A stretch of DNA of 63,571 nucleotides from an uncultured Clostridia bacterium (GTDB lineage: Bacteria > Bacillota > Clostridia > Oscillospirales > CAG-272), in the NCBI GenBank assembly GCA_945929845.1, contig CAMEON010000005.1:1-63571 (forward strand). The letters are read 5' to 3'. A model generated the notes under the pieces. That model searched no databases. It worked only from the letters and a program-made list of their open reading frames with translations, and was not told the origin of the DNA. Shown here piece by piece: positions 48,607 through 58,300 of this stretch (its first letter is position 1; each line of letters opens with the position of its first letter). The translations under genes and the position numbers were made by a program.

Positions 48607-50601
48607 GTGAATTGTTCAGATACCGAAAAGCCCAAATTCTATTTAACCACCGCCATCGCCTATGCGTCCAGAAAGCCCCACTTCGGCAACACCTATGAGG
48701 TCATCATGTCGGATGCGGTTGTCCGGTATAAACGGGAGATGGGGTACGATGTATACTTCTGCACCGGCACCGACGAGCATGGGCAGAAAATACAGGATCT
48801 GGCCGCCGAAGCCGGCATCACCCCGCAAGCCTATGTGGATCAGGTGGCCGGGGAGATCAAGGGCGTGTGGGACGCCATGAACACCAGCTATGACTACTTT
48901 ATCCGTACCACCGACAAGCCCCACTGCCAGGCCGTGCAGAAGATCTTCAAAAAGTTCTATGACCAGGGCGACATATATAAGTCCCGGTACGAGGGCTGGT
49001 ACTGCGTGCCCTGCGAATCCTTCTTTACCGAGACCCAGGTGGTGGACGGGAAATGCCCCGACTGCGGCCGCCCGGTACAGCGGGCCAGCGAGGAAGCCTA
49101 CTTCTTCAAGATGAGCAACTATGTGGATCGCCTGATGGCGCACATTGAGGCACATCCGGATTTCATCGAGCCGGAGAGCCGCAAGAAGGAGATGGTCAAC
49201 AACTTCCTCAAGGCAGGGCTTCAGGATCTGTGCGTGTCCCGTACCTCCTTCAGTTGGGGGATCCCGGTGCCCTTTGACACCCGCCATGTGACCTATGTGT
49301 GGCTGGATGCCCTGACCAACTATATCACTGCCCTTGGCTATGACCCGGACAAGAGCTATGAGGAACAGAGCGAGCACTTCAGACGGTACTGGCCAGCCGA
49401 TGTGCACATCATCGGGAAGGACATCCTGCGGTTCCACACCATTTACTGGCCGATCTTCCTGATGGCACTGGATCTGCCCCTGCCCAAGAAGGTGTTCGGG
49501 CATCCCTGGTTCAACTTCGGCACAGACAAGATGTCCAAGTCCCGGGGCAATGTGATCTATGCGGACGAGCTGGCAAAACACTTCACGGTGGATGGCGTGC
49601 GGTACTACGCCCTGTCCGAGATGCCCTACGGCTCCGACGGCTCCATCACCTACGAGTCTGTGATCAACCGCTACAACACCGACCTGGTCAATAACCTGGG
49701 CAACCTGTTCAAGCGGACGCTGGATATGCAGAAGAAGTACTTCGACCGGACTGTCATGGCACCTGTGGCGGGCAGCGCCGAGGAGGAGGCACTGGATGCA
49801 GACCTGAAGGCTGCCTGCAAGACCGCCTATGAGGGTGTGGTCGCCAACATGGACAGCTACCATGTGGCGGATGCACTGGACTGCATTTTCACCATGCTCC
49901 GCCGGGCCAATAAGTATATTGACGAGACCACCCCCTGGACGCTGGCCAAGGATCCGGAGAAGCAAGCAAGGCTGGGTACAGTGCTGTACAATCTGCTGGA
50001 GGTGATCCGGCAGGGTGCTGTCCTGCTCAAGCCCTTCATCCCAGCCACCGCCGAGGAGATCCTGGATCGGCTGAACACAAAGGCCCGCACCTATGATACC
50101 GTGGGTAACACCTTTGGTGGTATGGAAGCCGGCACGCAGGTGGCGGAGTCCCGGGTGCTGTTCGCCCGTATCGACGAGAAGGCAAAGCTGGCAGAGCTGG
50201 AGGCCGCCCGGGAGGCACAGTTGCAGGCCAACGCCCCGAAGCCGGAGCAACCCGCCAAGCCGGAAAAACCGGAGGGCGTGGCGCAGATCGGCATTGAAGA
50301 CTTCATGAAGGTGGAGCTTCGCACCGCCCAGGTGCTGGCCTGTGAACCGGTACCCAAGGCAAAGAAGCTACTCAAGCTCCGGCTTGACCTGGGCTATGAG
50401 CAGAGGCAGGTGGTATCCGGCATTGCCAAGTGGTATAAGCCGGAGGAGCTGGTGGGGAAGAAGCTGATCGTGGTGGCCAACCTGGCTCCTGCGACCCTGT
50501 GCGGCGTGGAGTCCAACGGTATGATCCTGGCCTCCGGTGAGGATACCGTCCGTGTGGTCTTCCTTGACCCCGAGACACCGCTGGGTCAACGGGTGCGGTG
50601 A
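48607..50601 (+). CDS. metG: Methionine--tRNA ligase with C-terminal tRNA-binding domain
   Basis: FYLTTAIAY, HFGN, TGTDEHGQK, YVWLDAL, IGKDILRFH, KMSKS, C-terminal QVVSGIA...SNGMIL; alternative GTG start at 48589. Confidence 0.96.
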   Translation: MNCSDTEKPKFYLTTAIAYASRKPHFGNTYEVIMSDAVVRYKREMGYDVYFCTGTDEHGQKIQDLAAEAGITPQAYVDQVAGEIKGVWDAMNTSYDYFIRTTDKPHCQAVQKIFKKFYDQGDIYKSRYEGWYCVPCESFFTETQVVDGKCPDCGRPVQRASEEAYFFKMSNYVDRLMAHIEAHPDFIEPESRKKEMVNNFLKAGLQDLCVSRTSFSWGIPVPFDTRHVTYVWLDALTNYITALGYDPDKSYEEQSEHFRRYWPADVHIIGKDILRFHTIYWPIFLMALDLPLPKKVFGHPWFNFGTDKMSKSRGNVIYADELAKHFTVDGVRYYALSEMPYGSDGSITYESVINRYNTDLVNNLGNLFKRTLDMQKKYFDRTVMAPVAGSAEEEALDADLKAACKTAYEGVVANMDSYHVADALDCIFTMLRRANKYIDETTPWTLAKDPEKQARLGTVLYNLLEVIRQGAVLLKPFIPATAEEILDRLNTKARTYDTVGNTFGGMEAGTQVAESRVLFARIDEKAKLAELEAAREAQLQANAPKPEQPAKPEKPEGVAQIGIEDFMKVELRTAQVLACEPVPKAKKLLKLRLDLGYEQRQVVSGIAKWYKPEELVGKKLIVVANLAPATLCGVESNGMILASGEDTVRVVFLDPETPLGQRVR

Positions 50602-50620
50602 TACGATCATACGATAATAT

Positions 50621-50657
50621 AAGTCGGGCTATCGGTTCATCCGGTGGCTCGGCTTTT
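50621..50657 (+). terminator. Intrinsic terminator after metG
   Basis: aagtcgggctatcgg / ccggtggctcggcttt stem with G-U pairs, then T-run. Confidence 0.6.
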
Positions 50658-50702
50658 GTGTTATGTGGGACAACCGGACTGCACACGGTGGTGATGCATC
50701 AG

Positions 50703-50786
50703 CCAGTACATCTTGCATTTTTCGCCATCGCAGGCGAAAGAATCTGTACCGAATCTGCACCACCTCATATAATCAGCGTTTCCCTA
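50703..50786. repeat. Half copy of repeat family A
   Basis: ccagtacatcttgc...aatctg...caccacctca...aatcagcgtttcccta matches 11077-11158. Confidence 0.85.
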
Positions 50787-51339
50787 AATGTGATTTTCCA
50801 TAGTTGGTACCTTATCCAGTGCCCCTTTTGGAAACTCGTACCGTTTCTTTGCTTGATCCTATTGACTGTTCTTGATTTGTTCATTATTGCCCGCAAAAAA
50901 TCTGAGCAATTGATAAAATGCTAATCCTTAAGAAATTGTGAACGATACCATAAACGAAGAAATGATGTGAAATATTCAAAACAGTAGTTTTAGAATGCTA
51001 TAAACAGCCACTAAAGCAGAAAAAATTATCGTATTTCTCCCTGGGAATCAGGTTTTCAAGAACCAAAAGCGTGGTATGAAAAGGAAGAATGAAAGAGAAC
51101 AGATTCGTCAAAACAGAAAAAATACATTCAATTTTGATTTTTCAACAGATAGGGAATGAAATAATTGGATAGAATCAACAACAACCAAAGAGAGATTTTC
51201 CAATACAGGAAAAAACAGACATGGCGTCTGCGCATTTTTTGAATTTGTATATTTATCTGCGAATCTTCGTTGTGTTATAATATGGGTGTCGATGATAGAT
51301 ACTGACAGATAATAGAAAAAGAAAGGATATGATGAACCC

Positions 51340-51666
51340 ATGAAAAAGCAAGTCAATCAATCAGTATGGAAGCTTGCCCCTGTACGGGTATCCTCCTATC
51401 CGGTACGGCAAAAATCGGTAGTATGCGTGCTGTACCGTGTCGGATGCCGGAACAGTGGCAGCTGCCGGGAGAGCCGGATGAATGAATATGTACATCCGCC
51501 CCTGTACGCCATAGGCATGGATAACGGCGAAGACAAGGATCTTTGCCTGGTGGGCAACGACCTGCATGCGGCCACCAGGCTGTATCACCGCCTGGTGCAG
51601 ATGGCGGTCACTCCCTGCACACTGAGTGATATTGTGAGCGATTACCTGGAAGATGCCCAGATATGA
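51340..51666 (+). CDS. Small hypothetical protein (DUF6514-like)
   Basis: GAAAGGA RBS; C-terminal A..LY..LV...VTPCTLSDIVSD pattern typical of this clostridial family. Confidence 0.6.
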   Translation: MKKQVNQSVWKLAPVRVSSYPVRQKSVVCVLYRVGCRNSGSCRESRMNEYVHPPLYAIGMDNGEDKDLCLVGNDLHAATRLYHRLVQMAVTPCTLSDIVSDYLEDAQI

Positions 51667-51724
51667 CCGTCAATGATGTTGACAGTCAACCGTATTGGCT
51701 GCCAACAGCCTACTATGGCATAAT

Positions 51725-51782
51725 GGGACTAAATCAGAAAGACCTTGTACAGCAAGGCTTTCTGGCTTAGTCCCTTCTTTTT
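51725..51782 (+). terminator. Long hairpin terminator
   Basis: gggactaaatcagaaag..cttg / caaggctttctggcttagtccc followed by ttcttttt. Confidence 0.65.
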
Positions 51783-51899
51783 GATAGGTAGGCATGATTG
51801 GCAGTTTATGAAGCCGCCATTCCGGCAGAGCCAGTCGGAACCGTCACAAGTCGTCCGCGTGATCCTGAAAGGAATGGTCATCAGTACGATAAATATAGG

Positions 51900-51933
51900 A
51901 AAAAGATCCGTATTCTTACCGATACGGATCTTT
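51900..51933 (-). terminator. Terminator downstream of the tRNA operon
   Basis: aaagatccgtat / atacggatcttt perfect stem. Confidence 0.75.
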
Positions 51934-51936
51934 ATT

Positions 51937-52014
<78 letters not shown>

Positions 52015-52035
52015 ATATATTCGATTTGACTACGG

Positions 52036-52121
52036 TGCCGGTGACCGGGCTTGAACCGGTACGATACTCTCGTATCACGGGATTTTAAGTCCCGGGCGTC
52101 TGCCAATTCCGCCACACCGGC
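52036..52121 (-). tRNA. tRNA-Leu(TAA)
   Basis: GCCGGTGTGGCGGAATTGGCAGACGCCCGGGACTTAAAATCCCG, long variable arm, GGTTCAAGCC, ...CACCGGCA; followed by CCG rather than an encoded CCA. Confidence 0.95.
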
Positions 52122-52163
52122 AAAGCTATTCTCGACCCGCACAATCTCCTGTGTGCGTAGTGT

Positions 52164-52192
52164 ATTATAACACAACTCGCTTGCTTTGTCAA
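52164..52192 (-). promoter_or_regulatory. SigA promoter of the tRNA operon
   Basis: TTGACA-N17-TATAAT on the minus strand. Confidence 0.8.
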
Positions 52193-52221
52193 TAGGTTCA
52201 GTAAAAAAAGTTGCATTTTTT

Positions 52222-52552
52222 GAGTTACAGTTCAGGTAGGGGACGGGGGAACGCCTGGGGGCTTCTTGAGAAGAACAGCACTGGCTCCACCGGCGATGCC
52301 GGATGTTGCCAGTGCATGAAGTTTGCCATGCGGCAAACTTCCGGCCCCGGACCCCCAAGAACTTTGAAAACATGAATATATTCATGTTCGTTACGATGTT
52401 TAGCGATATTTTTGTTCTCATTCTCTCAGGGGCTCCAGCGTAACTGTCGCCCAAAATAGCAAAAACGCCTTCGATGAGCTTTGCTCTGACCCCTTTCCCC
52501 GCTCTACGGTGGAAAAGGGAGTGTATGGTAGGGGGTAGGTGAACGGTAACTC
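52222..52552 (+). mobile_element. Repeat family B copy 3: complete ~331-bp MITE-like element
   Basis: Imperfect terminal inverted repeats GAGTTACAGTTCA / TGAACGGTAACTC; internal hairpins; no credible ORF. Confidence 0.65.
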
Positions 52553-52722
52553 CCGGGCATCAGCCTATGATCCCATAGCTTTTTTTGTCGAATGTAACAA
52601 AATATAACAAGTAGATTTGGTACATCTGCGAATATACTTGCAGTTGAAAAAATGGTATACTTTCCTCGAATCGAACGGAATACCGGATTTCCGCCGGATT
52701 CCTTCGGGAAGGAGTGAATCAT

Positions 52723-53985
52723 ATGGGAAAGAAATTGCGTATTGGCGTTTTCGGAGGTGCAAGAGGCAACTCCATGATACAGGTCCTCCTGCATCACCCG
52801 GATGCCGAATTGGTTGCTGTTTGTGATAAGTATGTACCCCTGCTGGAGCAGGCCAGGAAAAACGCAGAAGCGGCGGGACTGTCCATCGCCTGCTTCGAGA
52901 ACTTTGACGATTTTCTAAAGTACGACATGGATGCCGTGGTGCTGGCTAACTACGCCACCGAGCACGCCACCTTTGCCGTCCGCTGTCTGAGGGCGGGCAA
53001 GCATGTGCTCTCGGAGGTGCTGCCCAGCGAGACCATGGCCCAGGCCGTGGAGCTGATCGAGACGGTGGAGGAGACCGGGCTGGTGTATGCCTATGCGGAA
53101 AACTACTGCTACATGGATCTGACCTTTGAGATGTGGCGGAAGTACCGGGAGGGAGCCATTGGCGATGTGACCTTCGCCGAATGTGAGTATGTCCATGACT
53201 GCGCATCCTGCTGGGTGGACATCACCTACGGGGATCCGGCTCATTGGCGGAATCACCTGTACCCCACCTTCTACTGTACCCACTCCCTGGGGCCTGTCCT
53301 GATGATGACCGGCCGCCGTCCGGTACAGGTGGTGGGCTTTGAAAATCCGCCCATTGAGGAGTTCTACCATCTGGGCCATGCAGGCGGACACGCCAGCGGT
53401 ATCGAGATGGTCACGCTGGACAACGGGGCCATCGTCAAATCCATCCATGGCCCGCTGAAGCTGGAACCGGCCCACACCAGTTACAAGTTGTACGGTACCC
53501 GGGGTTATTTGGGCACTCATGCGGGGGACAGCGGGGATCAGGTACGCCTGTATCAGGAATCCCCGGAACACACCTGCCAGGGAGAGAATCATTTCTACGC
53601 ACCGGAGAAATTCGTATCGGCGGAGCTTGCCGAGAACAGCGGCGTGGCCACCCACGGGGGCAGTGACTTCTACCCCACGCACTTCTTCATTGAGAAGATC
53701 CTCGGTAAGGAGGACGGCAAGTGGTCCATTGATGTGTACCAGGCTGTGGATATGGGGATCTGCGGCATCCTTGCCTTCCGCTCCATACTGAACGGGAACC
53801 AGCCTGTACGCATTCCCAACCTACGCAACAAGGAGGAACGGGATGCGTGGCGGAACGACAGGGCTTGCACGAATCCCGCCGTCGCCGGGGATCAGGTTCT
53901 GCCCTGTTCCTCCTATCCGGAAAGAGTCCTGGATGCAGAGGAGATCGCCCGCAACCGGCACATGTGGGAGGAGAGGCACAAGTAA
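52723..53985 (+). CDS. Gfo/Idh/MocA-family oxidoreductase (copy 1)
   Basis: LRIGVFGGARG, ELVAVCD, DAVVLAN, GKHVLSEV, YAENY, YCTHSLGP, HGGSD. Confidence 0.9.
   Translation: MGKKLRIGVFGGARGNSMIQVLLHHPDAELVAVCDKYVPLLEQARKNAEAAGLSIACFENFDDFLKYDMDAVVLANYATEHATFAVRCLRAGKHVLSEVLPSETMAQAVELIETVEETGLVYAYAENYCYMDLTFEMWRKYREGAIGDVTFAECEYVHDCASCWVDITYGDPAHWRNHLYPTFYCTHSLGPVLMMTGRRPVQVVGFENPPIEEFYHLGHAGGHASGIEMVTLDNGAIVKSIHGPLKLEPAHTSYKLYGTRGYLGTHAGDSGDQVRLYQESPEHTCQGENHFYAPEKFVSAELAENSGVATHGGSDFYPTHFFIEKILGKEDGKWSIDVYQAVDMGICGILAFRSILNGNQPVRIPNLRNKEERDAWRNDRACTNPAVAGDQVLPCSSYPERVLDAEEIARNRHMWEERHK
52750..53982 (+). repeat. 1,233-bp direct repeat, copy 1
   Basis: Identical by inspection to 59231-60463; the shadow ORFs of both copies translate identically. 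Confidence 0.9.
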
Positions 53986-54039
53986 GAAACGCACCGTATT
54001 GGTGAACGAAAATAACAGCTATGAAAACACGCACTTCCT

Positions 54040-54066
54040 GCCGCCTTCGGGCGGCTTTCTTTTTTT
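54040..54066 (+). terminator. Intrinsic terminator
   Basis: gccgcc-ttcg-ggcggc followed by a T-rich tail. Confidence 0.8.
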
Positions 54067-54150
54067 GGGGGGACATGGGAGAGTTGGGCGGTTGCGAAGA
54101 AAACCTCTTTTTTGCACAAAATCCGACCCTATATTTGTGCATGTCTTACA

Positions 54151-54179
54151 TTGACTTGCGGATTACACTAAGATATACT
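54151..54179 (+). promoter_or_regulatory. Putative promoter of the LacI-family gene
   Basis: TTGACT-N17-TATACT. Confidence 0.6.
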
Positions 54180-54211
54180 TTTAGCACGAGCATTATAGGA
54201 AGAGGGTATAT

Positions 54212-55297
54212 ATGTCAATCGATAAAAGCATGCTCAGCCGACAGATTGCGGACCGGACGGGGCTGTCGGTATCCAGCGTGAGTAAAATACTCAACGGTGC
54301 TTCCGGCTACTCAGTGACCACACGGCAACGGGTTGAAGCACTGGCATCCGAACTGGCGGCGGGTCAGCTGTCCTCGCAGAATCGGGATGTACTGAAAATC
54401 GGTGTGATGATCCCGGAGCACCCCTCCTACTTCTGGGGCGAGGCAATCGTAGGTATACGCCAAACCATCCGATCCATACGGGCAGAGTGCGGGAGACAGG
54501 TCGAGACGGTTCTCCGGTTTGTCCACTTCCCGCTGGACGAACAATCTGTTTCGGTGACGCTTTCGTTCCTTCAGGAGCAGGATTGCAATGCTTACATCCT
54601 GTATCCCATCGACAATCCGGCTTTCCTTTCATTTTACGATTCCCTACCTGCCACCGTCCCGGTCGTACTCTTCAACGACCTGCCCAGCAATGCCGAGCTG
54701 TCATGCCACCTGCGTGCCCGCAGGCTAACGGCATATGTAGGAGCGGACTGCTATGATGAAGGTATCCGGGCAGCCCGTATTCTGGGGGCGAGGCTATCCC
54801 GGATGCAATATATCCTCGCCCTGATCACAGAGGACAGCGTGTCTGCCACGGCAGCACAGAAGCGAATCGCCGGTTTCACTCAAACATGCAGAGAGATCAA
54901 CCCCCAGATTTCCATCAGAACCGAAACAGTGGCACCACACGGAACGCTGACATCGGCATTTCTTGCCGCCCATATCGAACCGGAAATACTCCAGGGCAGG
55001 TTGGATTGTTTGTATGTCAGTTCCGGCGTGACCCATATTGCCTCGGCAGCTATCAGAAAGGTACAGCGGCGGAACTGCTTGCCAATCGGCACCGGTCCGC
55101 CGTGTTTAGGGCATGAATGCGCCCCCTCTGACCGTCCATACCTTCTGGATGGCACCCAGTGTGGCTATGTCAAGCAGGATATCTACACCCAGGCACACAC
55201 AGCGATCCGGAGTGTGCTCGAAGCACTCCGAACCGGTCAACTGACGGACACCTATGTCGGTTCCTCGGTCTTTATCAGCGGCGGTATAAGGAATTAG
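54212..55297 (+). CDS. LacI-family transcriptional regulator
   Basis: IADRTGLSVSSVSKILNG...TRQRV HTH followed by a periplasmic-binding-type sensor domain. Confidence 0.85.
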   Translation: MSIDKSMLSRQIADRTGLSVSSVSKILNGASGYSVTTRQRVEALASELAAGQLSSQNRDVLKIGVMIPEHPSYFWGEAIVGIRQTIRSIRAECGRQVETVLRFVHFPLDEQSVSVTLSFLQEQDCNAYILYPIDNPAFLSFYDSLPATVPVVLFNDLPSNAELSCHLRARRLTAYVGADCYDEGIRAARILGARLSRMQYILALITEDSVSATAAQKRIAGFTQTCREINPQISIRTETVAPHGTLTSAFLAAHIEPEILQGRLDCLYVSSGVTHIASAAIRKVQRRNCLPIGTGPPCLGHECAPSDRPYLLDGTQCGYVKQDIYTQAHTAIRSVLEALRTGQLTDTYVGSSVFISGGIRN

Positions 55298-55351
55298 CCG
55301 TATCAGGACGGACGGACAGACCGACAATAACAAGAAAAAAGGAGAGAACCC

Positions 55352-58300
55352 ATGATACGAAAGAGAAACCCTCTGAAACGAATGAAGAAAACGATGCGTC
55401 ATCTGATCGCTTTCATTGTAAGTCTGTCCATGCTCACATCAGTATCACCTATGTGGGCAGGTGCAGAGGATGCCTTTTCCCAATGGAAAACCGAGGATTG
55501 GCAGAAGACGACGGAAGACGGAATCCCGGTGCTCAAAAGCATTCCCGGGCAGAGCGTCAATGTACTCTTCCTCAATGGTAAAGCGGCAGGCAACAAGCTG
55601 CGCTTCGATGTCCGTCTGGACAATGTCTTCGGAACCGTCGATGGGAACATCGGTGCTGCCTACAAGATGACTGACGGAAGCCAGTATTTCTTTGAGTACA
55701 ACACCGTAGCCGATATCATACGCATCCGGCGTTTGGGCAATGATGGCTCTGACAACCATGTATTCCCCGCCAAGGCTTACCATCTGGATGCCGGCTCCTA
55801 CCACACGGTGGAGCTGGAATTCGCACAGAATCATCTGCTCTGGCAGATCGACGGCGAGACCGTGGCAGAGGTGACAGAAACCGGAAGCGACTCTTTTGAA
55901 AACGGTACGCTGTACATTCAATCTTACTATACGGACATCACACTCCGCGATATTCGTGTAGAGAGCATCCATATTCCCATCGTGGAAAAACAAGACTATG
56001 ACTTTGCGTTCAAAACCGCAGAGGCAGTCGAGAGATTTGAAGCAAGAAACAGCAATGTAAAATGGTCTGACGGACGGCTGGTCTGGTCGCTGACCGGGGC
56101 AGACAGTAGTCTGACCTCGCCCCCCATTTCCGCCAAGCAGGGTACAGCGTACAGTATGCTGCTCCCCCTGCGAAACACGATCCTCATCCGCATGAGCAAC
56201 CGTACCGATGCTTCCCGCATGAAGCTTTCCTATACCACCACCGATGACCCTGTGTACAGTGCCGACAAATCGATGGTGTTGGACATCATCCCTCATTCAG
56301 GCGACACAACTTACTACTTCAACCTTTCGGCTTGCCCCAAGCTGACTGGATACCTGTACGGCTTCAAGTTGGAGCCGATCGGCGCAACGGACGGAACAAT
56401 TGAAATCGAAGAAGTGACCTTTGAGCGGGAAGCGGCGCTGTCTGAGCAGGTTGGCAAGCTGACTGCCTGTGTAACCGATGGGAAAACGATCACCATCACG
56501 GGCACGCTGGAACCCGGCTTTGCCGGGCGGGAGGTCACGCTGTATGAAACTAAGCCGGAGAATTACACGCTTGCGCTGAAGGATTCCGAAAAGCTTCTTT
56601 CCGTCACGGCAGAAGGCACTTCCTTTACAATGACCATTCCTTACATGAATGAAGGACTTACCCGCCTGTCCTCCCTCTTCCTTCTGAGTGTGACGGGCGA
56701 CGATGGCAAGCAGATCCGTCTTGGTGAGCGGTTCTGGATACAGAACGCCGAAGCGTATTCCGGAGGGAACCCCTACGCCTTCACCCTGCCGGATTATACC
56801 GTTTCGGTGCTGGATTTTGGTGCTACGGGCGATGGCTATACCAATGATAATGCCGCTATTCAAGCCGCCATTGATCATGTGTACGCAAAAGGCGGCGGCG
56901 TTGTGGTTGTGCCGGGCGACGATTCCTTCTACGGCAGACGCTATGTGGCAACCCACATCACGCTCAAAGACAATGTGGAGCTTCGTATCGAAACCGGTGC
57001 CGTCATATGGCAGTCGCCTCGGGTAGAGGATTACGACTATGAGGTTGCCGTCGGACATGATGTGAACATTCCGGGTGTCAACTGGACGCACGCCGGCTCC
57101 TGCCACAACTACCCGCTGATCCACGGAGACCGGGCAAAGAACATCCGCATCACCGGCGGCGGCATCATCCGGATGCAGGACGGAGGCGGCGAGAACTACG
57201 ACACCGTGTCTGCCGGTAGCATCTGGACAGGTTGCGAGAATAAGATTCACCTGGTTCCGCTGGGCTTCTACCTCTGTGAGAATGTGGAGATCAGCAATGT
57301 CCACTTGCGCAGAACCAATAATTACCATATCAATTTCCGAAACTGTCGCAACATTTACTGCTCCGGTGTATCCATGTGGGAGGTTACCTGTGCCTCCGGC
57401 GATGGTATCTCGGCAACCGTGGGTACCAAAAATATCATCATCAACCAATGCTTCCTGTACACCAACGACGACGCCGTAACCATCTGTTCCACCTACAACG
57501 ACCCGCGCGGGCTTGCCTGGTGGCATGCGAATCCTGAAGGGGACAACTGCATAGACAATTTGGTGGTGCGGCACTCCTACCTGGTAGGCGGACATGGCAT
57601 TACCTTCATTACATGGGGAACCGACAACCCGCAGTTGGACAAGCAGGAGATCAAGAACATCGAGGTTTTTGACTGCGTACTGGGTGGCGGTACCTCGGCG
57701 GTAGGCAGTTGGGCGGACAACCCTTACTTCGGCAAGAACCCCTATGACGGCAGTGAAGTAAACGATTACTCCCCCGTCAAGGGCGTGCGTATCCACGACA
57801 ACCGCTATGTTGGCAAGGCTACCCTGGACAGTATTCAGGGCACCGACATCATGACCGATTGCGGCATCCGCAGTGCGGCGCAATTCCAATACGGCGACTT
57901 TGAACGCGGACTGCGGCGGTATCCGACCTATGAATCCGGTCTGTCCAATTGGACATTCCTGCCCGTTACCGGCAAGGACGGCAGAGTCGCCGCTGAGACA
58001 GAAGTAGAGAATCACTATGGTGCTCTGTACGGCGAGGGCATACTTTGTCAGGGTCTTTGGATGAACAAGGGAGCGCATACCTTTACGGCGGATGTCCGTC
58101 TGCTGGCAGGTGAGGCAACCTTGACCGTGCGGGATGCGCTGACCGGCGAGGTCATTGCTGAAAAGGCAGTGTCAGCAAGCAACGAGTTTGAGACCGTGAC
58201 GCTGAGCTTCACCCTTTCCGAGGGACGGACAGCTTATCTGGGTGTGACCCACACGGGCAGTGCCGGGCAGTCGGTTCATATCGACAACGCCTCGGTGACC

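Noticed and set aside
50598-50924. ORFs overlapping repeats or tRNAs (also 5554-5850, 5684-6199, 29847-30338, 51745-52454)
   Set aside because: They translate non-coding repeats, tRNAs or terminators and show no coding signature
50790-51339. oriC or dif site in the AT-rich region
   Set aside because: No cluster of TTATCCACA boxes, no dif consensus and no dnaA context
52033-52036. tRNA-Leu as a pseudogene because it ends in CCG
   Set aside because: Non-encoded CCA is common in Firmicutes and the cloverleaf is intact
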